Positions 19,239 through 31,431 of a DNA stretch of 64,000 bases are shown here, piece by piece; position 1 is the stretch's first letter, and the number at the start of each line of letters is the position of its first letter. The stretch covers positions 1,408,001 through 1,472,000 of the forward strand of contig CAVPCR010000001.1 of the NCBI GenBank assembly GCA_963702435.1. Direction: 5' to 3'. This DNA comes from Candidatus Eiseniibacteriota bacterium. GTDB lineage: Bacteria > Eisenbacteria > RBG-16-71-46 > CAVPCR01. The translations under genes and the position numbers were made by a program. The notes under the pieces were generated by a model that was not told where the DNA came from, ran no database searches, and saw nothing but the letters and a program-made list of their open reading frames with translations.

Positions 19239-20912
19239 ATGTCCACAAAGCCCTCGACCCCGCGCCCGATCCTCGTCTGCGTCGCCTGGCCCTACGCCAA
19301 CGCCGAGCTCCATCTCGGCCACCTCGCCGGCTGCTATCTCCCCGCCGACATCTTCGCCCGCTTCCAGCGCCTTCGCGGCAACGAGGTGCTCATGGTCTCG
19401 GGGAGCGACGAGCACGGCACGCCGATCACGGTCTCCGCCGAGAAGGAGGGGGTGAGCCCCGCCGAGATCGCCGAGCGCTACCACAAGATCAACGCGCAGG
19501 CGCTCCTCGACTTCGAGATCGAGTTCGACCTGTTCACGCGCACCTCCACCGAGAACCACCGGATCGTGGTCCAGGGCCTCTTCCGGAACCTCTACGAGCG
19601 CGGCTACATCGAGCCGCGCACGATGGACGTCCTCTACTGCCCGAAGTGCCAGCGCTTCCTCCCCGACCGCTTCGTCGAGGGGACCTGCCCGCACTGCAGC
19701 TACGAACGGGCGCGCGGCGACCAGTGCGAGAACTGCGGGAAGACCCTCGATCCGCAGGATCTCGTCGACCCGCGCTGTCGCGTCTCCGGAGACACGCCGG
19801 AGCCCCGGCAGAGCGAGCACCTCTTCTTCCGGCTCTCGGCGTTCGAGAAGCCGCTCCTCGAATGGCTCGCCGACAAGGACTACTGGCGCCCGAACGTGCT
19901 GACCTTCACGCGCAACTGGATCCAGGGCGGCTTGAAGGACCGCGCGATCACGCGCGATCTCTCCTGGGGCATCCCGGTCCCGGTCGCCGGCTTCGAGGAC
20001 AAGCGCATCTATGTCTGGTTCGAGGCGGTGATCGGCTACCTCTCGGCGGCGGTCGAGTGGGCCGAGACCAGGGGACCGCGCCCCGGCGCCTGGCGGCACT
20101 GGTGGGTGAACGAGGAGGCGCGCCACTACTACTTCCTCGGCAAGGACAACATCCCCTTCCACACCATCATCTGGCCGAGCATGCTCATGGGTGTGGGCGG
20201 CATGAATCTCGCCCACGACGTGCCGGCGAACGAGTTCCTGCAGATCGACGGCGCCAAGTTCTCGAAGTCGGCCGGCCTCGGCGTGTGGGTGCGCGAGGTC
20301 GTCGGCCGTTTCGAGGTGGACGCGCTGCGCTACTACCTCTCGGTCAACATGCCCGAGACGCGCGACGCGAGCTGGAGCTGGGAGGAGCTCGTGCAGCGGG
20401 TGAACGACGAGCTGGTCGGCGCCTTCGGCAACTTCTGCCACCGCACGCTCACCTTCACGCGCCGCAGTTTCGGCGCGATCCCGCCGCTCGGTCCGCTCGA
20501 CGAGGCCGATCGCGCCGCGCTCGCGCGCATCGCGGAGACCGGCGACGAGGTGGCGGCGGCGCTCGACCGCTGCGAGTTCCGCCGGGCGCTCCGCTCCTTC
20601 ATGAGCCTCGCGCAGGCCGGGAACCAGTACTTCGACGCGAAGGCGCCGTGGGCGCTCAAGAAGACCGACCCCGCCGCCTGCGGCACCGCGCTCCACGTCT
20701 GCCTGCGCATGATCCAGGCGCTCGCCGTCTACTCGGCGCCGTTCATGCCGCGCGCGGCGGAGAAGATCTGCGCGTACCTCGGCGCGGAAAGCGGGCCGCG
20801 GCACTGGGACGACGCGGGGGCCGAGCTCCCCGCCGGCCGCGAGCTTCCGGAACCGGCCATCCTCTTCTCGAAGCTCGACCCCGAGACGATCCTCGCCCAG
20901 GCGAAGAGCTGA
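19239..20912 (+). CDS. metG: Methionine--tRNA ligase (two Zn knuckles, no appended C-terminal tRNA-binding domain)
   Basis: PYAN..LHLGH, SDEHG, four CxxC-type motifs, YVWFEA, GKDNIPFH, KFSKS. Confidence 0.97.
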   Translation: MSTKPSTPRPILVCVAWPYANAELHLGHLAGCYLPADIFARFQRLRGNEVLMVSGSDEHGTPITVSAEKEGVSPAEIAERYHKINAQALLDFEIEFDLFTRTSTENHRIVVQGLFRNLYERGYIEPRTMDVLYCPKCQRFLPDRFVEGTCPHCSYERARGDQCENCGKTLDPQDLVDPRCRVSGDTPEPRQSEHLFFRLSAFEKPLLEWLADKDYWRPNVLTFTRNWIQGGLKDRAITRDLSWGIPVPVAGFEDKRIYVWFEAVIGYLSAAVEWAETRGPRPGAWRHWWVNEEARHYYFLGKDNIPFHTIIWPSMLMGVGGMNLAHDVPANEFLQIDGAKFSKSAGLGVWVREVVGRFEVDALRYYLSVNMPETRDASWSWEELVQRVNDELVGAFGNFCHRTLTFTRRSFGAIPPLGPLDEADRAALARIAETGDEVAAALDRCEFRRALRSFMSLAQAGNQYFDAKAPWALKKTDPAACGTALHVCLRMIQALAVYSAPFMPRAAEKICAYLGAESGPRHWDDAGAELPAGRELPEPAILFSKLDPETILAQAKS

Positions 20913-20941
20913 GCGGGCGCGGGAAGGCCGGCGCGACCGCC

Positions 20942-21458
20942 ATGCACGTGCTCGGGGTCGATGCCGCCTGGACCGCGGGCGGATGTTCGGGGGTCGCGCT
21001 CGTCGAGCGCGGCGCCCGCGGGCGCCCGCGGCTCCTCCGCATCGCGCGGTCCTACGGCGAGTTCCTCTCCGCTCCGCCGCGCTGGCTCGAGAAGCCGCCG
21101 GCCGCGGCCGCGACGATCGCCGATGTCCTCGCCGCCGTCGGCGTGCCGCTCGCGCTCGTCGCGCTGGTCCCGCTCCAGGTCGCGACGCTCACCGGACGGC
21201 GGGAAGCGGAGCATGCGGTGGCGCGGGCCTACGCGCGCGCCTGGGCGGCGCCGGCTCCCCTACAAGGTGGCGCGGCGGCAGCGCTACTGGCCGGCGGCGA
21301 GCCCCGCCGCGCGCCTCAAGGGCATCGAGGACGCGCTCGACGCCGTCGTGTGCGCGTGGGTCGCATGCGAGCACCTGGCCGGGCGCACGCAGCCGTACGG
21401 TGACCGCGACGCCACGATCTGGCTGCCGCGACCGCGGCACGGAGGAGACAGGCCTTGA
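20942..21458 (+). pseudogene. DUF429-family nuclease-like gene, internally deleted and frameshifted
   Basis: Frame 1 gives MHVLGVDAAWT..SGVAL; a second frame gives RLPYK..YWP..EDALDAVVCAW..GD..ATIWLP; the central EVYPH region is absent. Confidence 0.65.
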
Positions 21459-21910
21459 GCATCCATCTCGAACCGATCGGCCGCGTCCGCTCCCCGGCGA
21501 CCGACACGATGTGCGACGAGAACTGGGGCGCGGTGGTCGCCGAGATCGAGGTCGCCGCGCGGTTCGCGGCAGGCCTCCGCGGGCTCGACGGCTTCTCGCA
21601 CGCGCTCGTCGTCTTCTTCATGGACCACCAGTTCGTGGCCGCGCGCGATCTGGTCCGCCGCCCCCGGGGACGCGCCGACATGCCCGAGCTCGGCATCTTC
21701 GCGCAGCGCGGCAAGCAGCGCCCGAATCCGCTGGGCGTGACCGCGGTCGAGATCGTGGGGATCGCGGGGCGGGTCCTCACCGTGCGCGGGCTCGACGCCG
21801 TCGACGGGACGCCGGTCCTCGACGTGAAGCCCTACGTCCCCGCGTTCGATCGCCGGGAGGACGCGCGCGTCCCCGCGTGGGTGGAGCGACTGATGCGCGG
21901 CTACTTCTGA
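21455..21910 (+). CDS. TsaA/TrmO-family SAM-dependent tRNA methyltransferase-like protein
   Basis: PIGRVRS, GLDGFSH, GIFAQR..RPNPLG, GLDAVDGTPVLDVKPY. Confidence 0.85.
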   Translation: MSIHLEPIGRVRSPATDTMCDENWGAVVAEIEVAARFAAGLRGLDGFSHALVVFFMDHQFVAARDLVRRPRGRADMPELGIFAQRGKQRPNPLGVTAVEIVGIAGRVLTVRGLDAVDGTPVLDVKPYVPAFDRREDARVPAWVERLMRGYF

Positions 21911-21946
21911 GGCCGCGCAAGCCACGCAAGCCGCGCGCGCCGGGCC

Positions 21947-22582
21947 TCAGCGATCGTCGAGGAAACGCAGCGCGAAGGAGAGCGCCTCGAGCTCGATCGC
22001 CATGTCCACGGTGCGGAGGGCGACCGTCTTCGGCACCGCGATCTGCCGGGGCGCGAAGTTCAGGATGGCGCGCACGCCGGCGGCCACCACCAGGTCGCTC
22101 ACCTCCTGCGCCACCGCGGCCGGCACGGCGAGCACGGCGATGTCGAGCGGCGGCACCCGTCCCACGCCGGCGCGGAGGTCATCGATCGCCGCGATGCGCA
22201 CACCGTCCCACACCCGGCCGATCTTCGCCGCATCGACGTCGTAGATGGCGACGACGTCGAAGCCCTGCTCGCGAAAGGGCGCGTAGGAGAAGAGGGCCGA
22301 GCCGACGTTGCCGGCGCCGATCAAGCCCACCCGCCAGCGGCGGTCGAGGCCGAGGATCGAGCGGAGCTCGCGGGTCAGCGACTCGAGGTCGTAACCCCGC
22401 CCGCGGGTGCCGAAATGGCCGAAGCAGGAGAGATCCTTGCGGAGCTGGGCCGAGGTCACGCCCGAGCGCTCGGCGAGGAGCTGCGAGGAGGCGACCGCAA
22501 TGCCCTCGCCCCGGAGCTCGCGGAGGACGCGGTAGTAGGCCGACAGGCGGCGCACTATCGAGATGGAGATGTCCGGGCGCAT
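21947..22582 (-). CDS. rex: Redox-sensing transcriptional repressor Rex
   Basis: RRLSAYYR, QLRKDLS.FG.FG.RGRGY, GAGNVG, ILNFAP. Confidence 0.95.
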   Translation of the reverse strand: MRPDISISIVRRLSAYYRVLRELRGEGIAVASSQLLAERSGVTSAQLRKDLSCFGHFGTRGRGYDLESLTRELRSILGLDRRWRVGLIGAGNVGSALFSYAPFREQGFDVVAIYDVDAAKIGRVWDGVRIAAIDDLRAGVGRVPPLDIAVLAVPAAVAQEVSDLVVAAGVRAILNFAPRQIAVPKTVALRTVDMAIELEALSFALRFLDDR

Positions 22583-22620
22583 GCTCCGTGGCGTCGTTCC
22601 GGGCGATCCGCACGAGATCG

Positions 22621-25356
<2,736 letters not shown>

Positions 25357-25571
25357 TCGCCTGACTCCTTGGGGTCGCGCCAGAGGAACCGGGGCCGCGC
25401 GAGGGGGTCGAATCAAGGGATTCTAGGAAACCCCGCCGGAAGCCGCAAGTCTCTAGTTTGATAAAGAATTAGGCCCGCTGGGCGGGCCCGCGGGAGGGGG
25501 TCGGAAGAGGCCGCGACCAGGCCCCGCGGCGGCCTCCTCCGGGCGCCTTGGCGGGACGCTCCGGCGGGACG

Positions 25572-26423
25572 CTAGAACCGGGTGACGAGGTAGACCTGCG
25601 GCCCCACGTAGTCGTAGTCGATCCTTCCCCGCCACTTGTCCCCGTCGACGTCGAACTCGAGGTCGAACCAGTTCACGGCCCCGCCCACCCCCAGCCGGTT
25701 GTAGAACCAGTAGTGGGTTCTCCCGGCCAGGCTCACGAGGCTCCCGGAGTAGTTGAGCACGTCGGCGTCGATGTTCAGCACCAGCGCCTCGGCATGCACA
25801 TCCACTTCCCAGCGCGGGCCGGGCCGGTAGGCGAACAAGAGGCCGAGGAGCGGGAGCGGAGCCTGGACCCTGGCCGCGGCCGAAGCGTCCCCATCCTGGC
25901 CCCCCAGCGAGGCCGACCCCTCGGCGGATAGATCGTTCACCCACCAGTGCACGCCGAGCGTTCCGGCCAGCTCGTACTTCTCGCGCTGCAGGAAGGAATA
26001 GCTGTAGGTGATGGGCACGGTCTGGGCCGCGAACCGGGTGTCGAGCGTGGCCCCCGCCGGGTAGACCTCGTCGCCGATCGTGATCTCGCGCTCGACGGTG
26101 CCGGCCACCTCCCGCACGAATCGGAAGTAGTTGACCGCGAGCCGATGCCGGCGCGCGAAGCGCCAGCTGCCGCCGAACCATCCGGTGGCCACATCCTCGG
26201 TGAAGCCGAGGTCCTGCTCGAGGTTGACGGATTCCCCCTCGCCGCGATCCTCGTTGTCCACGCCGAGGCTGGTGCTGAAAAACGGCAGGAAGAACCCGCC
26301 CGACAGCATGAAACGCTCTTCTCCCTGCTTCGTCCATTCCTCGGCGCGGCCGGCCGCGGGCAGCAGCGCGGCCGATAGGACCAGCACGAGAGCGATGACG
26401 GAACTCCGGTGAATCGAGTTCAT
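25572..26423 (-). CDS. Outer-membrane beta-barrel protein
   Basis: Signal peptide; C-terminal GPQVYLVTRF; start MNSIHR. Confidence 0.75.
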   Translation of the reverse strand: MNSIHRSSVIALVLVLSAALLPAAGRAEEWTKQGEERFMLSGGFFLPFFSTSLGVDNEDRGEGESVNLEQDLGFTEDVATGWFGGSWRFARRHRLAVNYFRFVREVAGTVEREITIGDEVYPAGATLDTRFAAQTVPITYSYSFLQREKYELAGTLGVHWWVNDLSAEGSASLGGQDGDASAAARVQAPLPLLGLLFAYRPGPRWEVDVHAEALVLNIDADVLNYSGSLVSLAGRTHYWFYNRLGVGGAVNWFDLEFDVDGDKWRGRIDYDYVGPQVYLVTRF

Positions 26424-26431
26424 TGTGCCTC

Positions 26432-27868
26432 TCAGACTGCCGCCGCCATCGCGCTCCGCGGCGAGCGGGAGCGCAGCTCGGCGATCACCTTGGCCAGAAG
26501 ACCCGGCGGGAACACGTCGCCCTGCTCGAGCTCGGCGCGGTGCTCGCTCAGCGCATCGGCCACCTCGGCGAGCCGGCGCGGGATGGGCCGACCGCCGGTC
26601 GGGAGGGGCTTCGCGGCCTCGGCATGAGTCCGGGCGAGGAGCGCCGCTAGATCCGGTATCTCGCGTCCCGCCAGGAGCGCTTGCGCCACCCCAGCGAGGA
26701 GGAGATGCGGATGCGCGGAGCCGTCGGGGAGACGGAACTCGATCGTTGGCGGAGTGACGGCGCGACCGTCTGCCGTGCGCGCGACCGCCGGCAGGCGGAC
26801 GAGGGCGTGTCGATTGTAACGGCCCCAGGCGACCGTGGCCGGCGTCTCCTTGCCCTGGGCGAGCCTGAGGAAGGAGCCCGCGCTCCGGTTGCCGAAGGCC
26901 ATGAGCGCACCGCCCATGTGCACGAGCCCGCCGATCAGCCAGCGCGCCTCGTCGCGAAGCGCATCGTCGGACACCGCGCCTGCCAGGTTCTCGGCGTCGC
27001 GATACGGCGCCAGGTGGAAATGAAGGCCGCTTCCGGCATGCCCCTCGAGGACCACCGGCTCGAAGCTCAGGCGCATGCCGGCGGCGTGCGCGAGCTGGCG
27101 GAGCACCCACTGCGTGAGCACCACCGCCGACGCCGCGTCCGCGAGCGGCGCCAGCGCGAGCTCGATCTCGTGCTGCTCCCAGATGAGCCCGTTCATCTCG
27201 CGGGCCTCGATGTAACCGACCTCGCTGTGCCCGTACTTGACGGGCACCCCGATGTCGCCGAGAAGGGCCATGGCCCGGCGGCGGAGCGCCTCGCCGAAGA
27301 CGAACGGTGCCGTCGCGTGATAGCCACGATCGTGCGCGCCGTAGACATCGCCCTCCTCGGCGCGCTTGCCGAGGAAGTACTCGACCTCGCCGAGCGCCCA
27401 CAGCGTGACGCCCGTCGTCGCCTCCACGCGCGCGGCCGCCCGCCGGAGGATGGTGTCCGGCGATTCGGGGAGCGGACGGCCGTCGCGGCCGAAGTGCTCG
27501 CAGAGGAAGGCGAGGGCGGGATGCGGGGCGAAGGGATCGAGGAAAGCGCTCGCGAGCCGCGGGCGGAGGATCACGTCCGAGGCCTCGGGTCGGATCCCGG
27601 TCTCGGCAAAGAGGCTCGAACCGTCGGCGCGCTCGCCGCCGGCGAGGATGTCGTGCACGTGGTTGGTGGAGAGCGGCACGAAGTCGAGCGTCTTCAGCCA
27701 GCCGTCGCCGCCCACGTGCATGAGGGCGATGGTGCGAATGCCGCGCTCGCGGACGAGCGCGATGAGATCGTCGGCGGTCCAGGCAGCGGGCGGCTTCCCG
27801 AGCAGTCGTTCGAGGAGGCCGGCCGGAAGCCCGGGGGCGGGAGACATGTTGTCGGTGGTCTTGTTCAT
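26432..27868 (-). CDS. Glutamine synthetase family protein
   Basis: DGSS, GEVEYF, HSEVG, EQHEIE, GHAGSGLHFH, NRHALVRLP, IEFRLPDG. Confidence 0.88.
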   Translation of the reverse strand: MNKTTDNMSPAPGLPAGLLERLLGKPPAAWTADDLIALVRERGIRTIALMHVGGDGWLKTLDFVPLSTNHVHDILAGGERADGSSLFAETGIRPEASDVILRPRLASAFLDPFAPHPALAFLCEHFGRDGRPLPESPDTILRRAAARVEATTGVTLWALGEVEYFLGKRAEEGDVYGAHDRGYHATAPFVFGEALRRRAMALLGDIGVPVKYGHSEVGYIEAREMNGLIWEQHEIELALAPLADAASAVVLTQWVLRQLAHAAGMRLSFEPVVLEGHAGSGLHFHLAPYRDAENLAGAVSDDALRDEARWLIGGLVHMGGALMAFGNRSAGSFLRLAQGKETPATVAWGRYNRHALVRLPAVARTADGRAVTPPTIEFRLPDGSAHPHLLLAGVAQALLAGREIPDLAALLARTHAEAAKPLPTGGRPIPRRLAEVADALSEHRAELEQGDVFPPGLLAKVIAELRSRSPRSAMAAAV

Positions 27869-27923
27869 TCCCCATATCCCTTCGATCGCGACGGCACGCG
27901 CCGCCCGATCGGGACCATCATAG

Positions 27924-29285
27924 TCAATCCACCGCCGGCAGGCTCGATGCTTCGGGCGGCGGCTTGCCCTCGTTCTCCTCCTCGTCCGCGCGTGCCGCCG
28001 GCGCGAGAAGGCGGGCGCGCACCACGGCATTGCGCCCGAGCCGTGCGCGGATCCGATCGGTGGCCGCCGCCAGGCGGTGCAGGCGCTCCTCCTGCGCCGC
28101 GGCCGCCATCGACTCCGGGCTTGGAAAGAGGTCGATCTGCCCCCCGGGGGCGTCCGGGCCGGGGCCGGGGCCGGGGCCGGGGCCGGCGCCGGGGCCGGCG
28201 CCCGGGCCGGGGCCGGCATCCGCAACCGCGCCCGGGGCGGGCTCGAAGCCGCTCACGCCGACCCCGAGGAGGCGCACGCCGCGCCCGCCGAGACGGACCC
28301 GATCGCGATAGAGCATGCGCGCCACCGCGACGATCACCTCCGCCAGATCGGTCGCCGCCGTGAGCGTGTGTGCGCGGGTCCAGGTCGTGAAGTCCCCGGT
28401 CCGCACCTTCAAGTGCACGGTGCGCCCGCGGAGGCCATGCGCGCGGAGCGCGCGCGCCACGCCCTCGGCGCGCGCCAGCAGCGCCTGGTCGATCGCCTCG
28501 GGCGCGGTGAGATCGTCGAGATAGGTGCGCTCCTCGGACATCGACTTCGGCTCGCGCTCGGTCACGACCGGGCGGTCGTCCTCGCCGCGCGCCAGCGCCG
28601 CGATATGCACCGCCGCCGACTCGCCGACGAGCGGCGTGAGCCGGGCCACACCGGCGGTGACGATGTCACGCACGAGCAGGATGCCGCCGGCCTCGAGCCG
28701 CTCGGCGGTCCGCGGCCCCACACCCCACAGCTTCCCGACCGGGAGCGGCCACAGCCGCTCGGGCACGAGAGCCAGCGGCAGGATGACGAGCCCATCGGGC
28801 TTCTCGAGATCCGAGGCGAACTTGGCGAGAAACTTGTTGGGCGCCACGCCGACCGAGGCGCTGAGGCGCTCCGCGGTGCGGATCCGCTCCTTGATCGCGC
28901 GCGCGATCGTGGCGCCGGCAACGAGATCGGCGGCGATCCCGGTCATGTCGAGGAACGCCTCGTCGATCGAGAGCGGCTCGATCGCCGGTGTGAACTCCTC
29001 GAAGAGCGCGAAGATCGCGCGCGACACCGCGGCGTAGAGATCCATGCGGCCGGGAAGCCAGATCGCCTCCGGGCAGAGCCGCTCGGCGGTGACGGACGGC
29101 ATGGCCGAGCGCACGCCGAAGCGCCGCGCCTCGTAGGAGCAGGTCGAGACGACGCCGCGCCGCCCGCGGTGGCCGATGATGAGCGGCTTCCCGGCCAGCG
29201 CCGGGTCCTCGCGCACCTCGACCGCCGCGTAGAACGCATCCATGTCGAGATGCAGGATGACGCGCTCGCGCGCGGGACCGGGCAT
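27924..29285 (-). CDS. dinB: Y-family DNA polymerase IV
   Basis: HLDMDAFYA, SYEARRFGVRSAM, SIDEAF, NKFLAK.ASD..KPDG; QIDLF clamp motif after a Gly-Pro linker. Confidence 0.95.
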   Translation of the reverse strand: MPGPARERVILHLDMDAFYAAVEVREDPALAGKPLIIGHRGRRGVVSTCSYEARRFGVRSAMPSVTAERLCPEAIWLPGRMDLYAAVSRAIFALFEEFTPAIEPLSIDEAFLDMTGIAADLVAGATIARAIKERIRTAERLSASVGVAPNKFLAKFASDLEKPDGLVILPLALVPERLWPLPVGKLWGVGPRTAERLEAGGILLVRDIVTAGVARLTPLVGESAAVHIAALARGEDDRPVVTEREPKSMSEERTYLDDLTAPEAIDQALLARAEGVARALRAHGLRGRTVHLKVRTGDFTTWTRAHTLTAATDLAEVIVAVARMLYRDRVRLGGRGVRLLGVGVSGFEPAPGAVADAGPGPGAGPGAGPGPGPGPGPDAPGGQIDLFPSPESMAAAAQEERLHRLAAATDRIRARLGRNAVVRARLLAPAARADEEENEGKPPPEASSLPAVD

Positions 29286-29365
29286 GGATCGTCTCCCTCG
29301 GACCGGATTGCGGCGACCACCCATGATACGATGTTTGCGTCAGAGCCAAAGGGGAGGAAGAGGCC

Positions 29366-31408
29366 ATGACCCAGCCGACTCGCGGCGCCGCCCGGATCGC
29401 CCGCCTGACGACCGCCTGCCTGCTCGCCGCGTTCCTCACCGCCGCTCCGGGATGGACCGCTCAGCCGGGCTGGATCATCGCGTGGGGTGACATGGTGATC
29501 GTCGATCCCTTCGATCTCGACGATCTCGTCGCCGTCGCCGGAGGTCTGGGCCACACCGTGGCGCTCCGCTCCGACAGCACGATCGTGGTCGTGGGATCCA
29601 ACGCCAGTGGAGCGTGCAACGTGCCTCCGCCGAACGCCAACTTCATCGCCGTCGCGGCCGGCAGCGGGCATGCGCTCGCGCTCCGTTCCGAAGGCGCGGT
29701 GGCGGCATGGGGCCTGAACAACGAGGGCCAGTGCGATGTCCCGGCCCCGAACGCCGACTTCGTCGCCGTCGCCGCCGGCACGGAGCACAGCCTCGGCCTC
29801 AAGGCCGACGGCTCGGTCGTCGCCTGGGGCAACAACCAGGCCGGGCAGTGCAATGTCCCGGCGCCGAACGTCGACTTCGTGGCGATCGCCGCCGGCTTCC
29901 GGCACAGCCTCGGCCTCAAGACCGACGGTTCGATCGTCGGCTGGGGCAGCAACGAGTACGGCCAGTGCGTGATCCCGGCGCCGAACCGGGACTTCGTCGC
30001 CATCGCTGCGGGCGGCTATCACAGCCTCGGGCTCAAGGCCGACGGCTCGATCGTGGCGTGGTGGTTCAACAACTGGGGCCAGTGCACGGTGCCTGCCCCC
30101 AACGCGGATTTCGTCGCCGTCTCCTGCGGCGAGTTCCACAGCGTGGGGCGGAAGCGGGACGGCTCGCTCGTCGCGTTCGGCCTCGATGGTCACGGCCAGT
30201 GCACCGTCCCGGCGCCGAACGTGGGCTTCATCGCATCCGCCGCCGGCGGCTATCACACGGTGGGCGTCAGGGATGACGGCTCCTTCGCGGCGTGGGGCAT
30301 GTCCGCGCTGGGCCAGTGCAACGTTCCCGGGAACGACGTGGACTTCGTCGCCGTGAGCGCGGGCGAGTACCTCTCGCTCGGACTCCGCGCCGGCGGCGCC
30401 ATCGTCTCCCTGGGTCCGCCGGTGCCGCTTCCCAACGAGAACTTCACCGGGATCGCCGCCGGGTCCAACCATGAGCTGGGCCTCAAGGTCGACGGCTCGA
30501 TCGTGGCCTGGGGCGACAACTACTACGGCCAGTGCAACGTCCCGGCCCCGAACGCGAGCTTCGTCGCCGCGGCGGCCGGGTCGCGCCACAGCCTCGGGCT
30601 CAAGTCGAACCGTTCGATCGCCGCCTGGGGCAGAAACAACGACGGCGAGTGCGACGTCCCGGCGCCGAACGCGGACTTCATCCAGGTCGCAGCCGGCTAC
30701 CGGCACAGCCTGGCCATCAAGACCGACAGCTCGATCGTGGCCTGGGGTTACAACCTCCGCGGCCAGTGCAACGTCCCGGCGCCGAACACCGGCTTCATCG
30801 CCGTCGACGGCGGAGAGTGGCACAGCCTGGGACTCAAGGCCGATGGTTCGATCGTGGCCTGGGGCGACAACGCCTACGGCCAGTGCGACGTCCCGGCCCC
30901 GAACGCGGACTTCATCCAGGTCGCAGCCGGCGGACTGCACAGCCTCGGGCTCAAGGCCGACGGCACGGTCGTCGCCTGGGGAGCCAACGACCGCGGCCAG
31001 GCGGACCCGCCAGCGCTCAACCGCGACTTCGTCGCCATCGCGAGCTACGGCAACCGGAACCTGGCCGTCCGCGCTGCAAGCATCCTGGCCGCGCCCGCCG
31101 TCCCCGCCGGAAGCGCCGGCCCGAGTGGCGGTCCCCCGACCATCGCCGCCGCCGCACCGAATCCCTTCCGCACCGGGACCACGCTCGCGATCGACCTCGC
31201 GGCGGCCGGCGACGTGATGGTGCACGTGTACGACGCATCGGGGCGCCTCGTCCACACGCTCGCCGTCCGCAGCGCCGGGCGCGGACGTCAGGCGATCGCC
31301 TGGGACGGGTGCGACGCCCGCGGCCGCCCCGTCCCTGCCGGCCTGTACCTCGTGCGCTGCACGACCGATCGAGGCGCCGGCACGACGAAGCTGATCCGCC
31401 TCCGCTGA
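29366..31408 (+). CDS. Secreted RCC1/BLIP-II repeat protein (~14 repeats) with C-terminal FlgD-Ig/T9SS-CTD-like domain
   Basis: 39-aa repeats FVAVAAGxxHSLGLKADGSIVAWGxNxxGQCxVPAPN; C-terminal PNPF...YDASGRLV...WDG.D..GR.VPAGLY. Confidence 0.9.
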   Translation: MTQPTRGAARIARLTTACLLAAFLTAAPGWTAQPGWIIAWGDMVIVDPFDLDDLVAVAGGLGHTVALRSDSTIVVVGSNASGACNVPPPNANFIAVAAGSGHALALRSEGAVAAWGLNNEGQCDVPAPNADFVAVAAGTEHSLGLKADGSVVAWGNNQAGQCNVPAPNVDFVAIAAGFRHSLGLKTDGSIVGWGSNEYGQCVIPAPNRDFVAIAAGGYHSLGLKADGSIVAWWFNNWGQCTVPAPNADFVAVSCGEFHSVGRKRDGSLVAFGLDGHGQCTVPAPNVGFIASAAGGYHTVGVRDDGSFAAWGMSALGQCNVPGNDVDFVAVSAGEYLSLGLRAGGAIVSLGPPVPLPNENFTGIAAGSNHELGLKVDGSIVAWGDNYYGQCNVPAPNASFVAAAAGSRHSLGLKSNRSIAAWGRNNDGECDVPAPNADFIQVAAGYRHSLAIKTDSSIVAWGYNLRGQCNVPAPNTGFIAVDGGEWHSLGLKADGSIVAWGDNAYGQCDVPAPNADFIQVAAGGLHSLGLKADGTVVAWGANDRGQADPPALNRDFVAIASYGNRNLAVRAASILAAPAVPAGSAGPSGGPPTIAAAAPNPFRTGTTLAIDLAAAGDVMVHVYDASGRLVHTLAVRSAGRGRQAIAWDGCDARGRPVPAGLYLVRCTTDRGAGTTKLIRLR

Positions 31409-31431
31409 GCTGAGGCGTATACTCCCCCGCC

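Noticed and set aside
29560..31030. Regular 117-bp DNA repeats as CRISPR or DGR
   Set aside because: They are in-frame coding repeats of the RCC1-like protein; no reverse transcriptase and no adenine-specific TR/VR pair.
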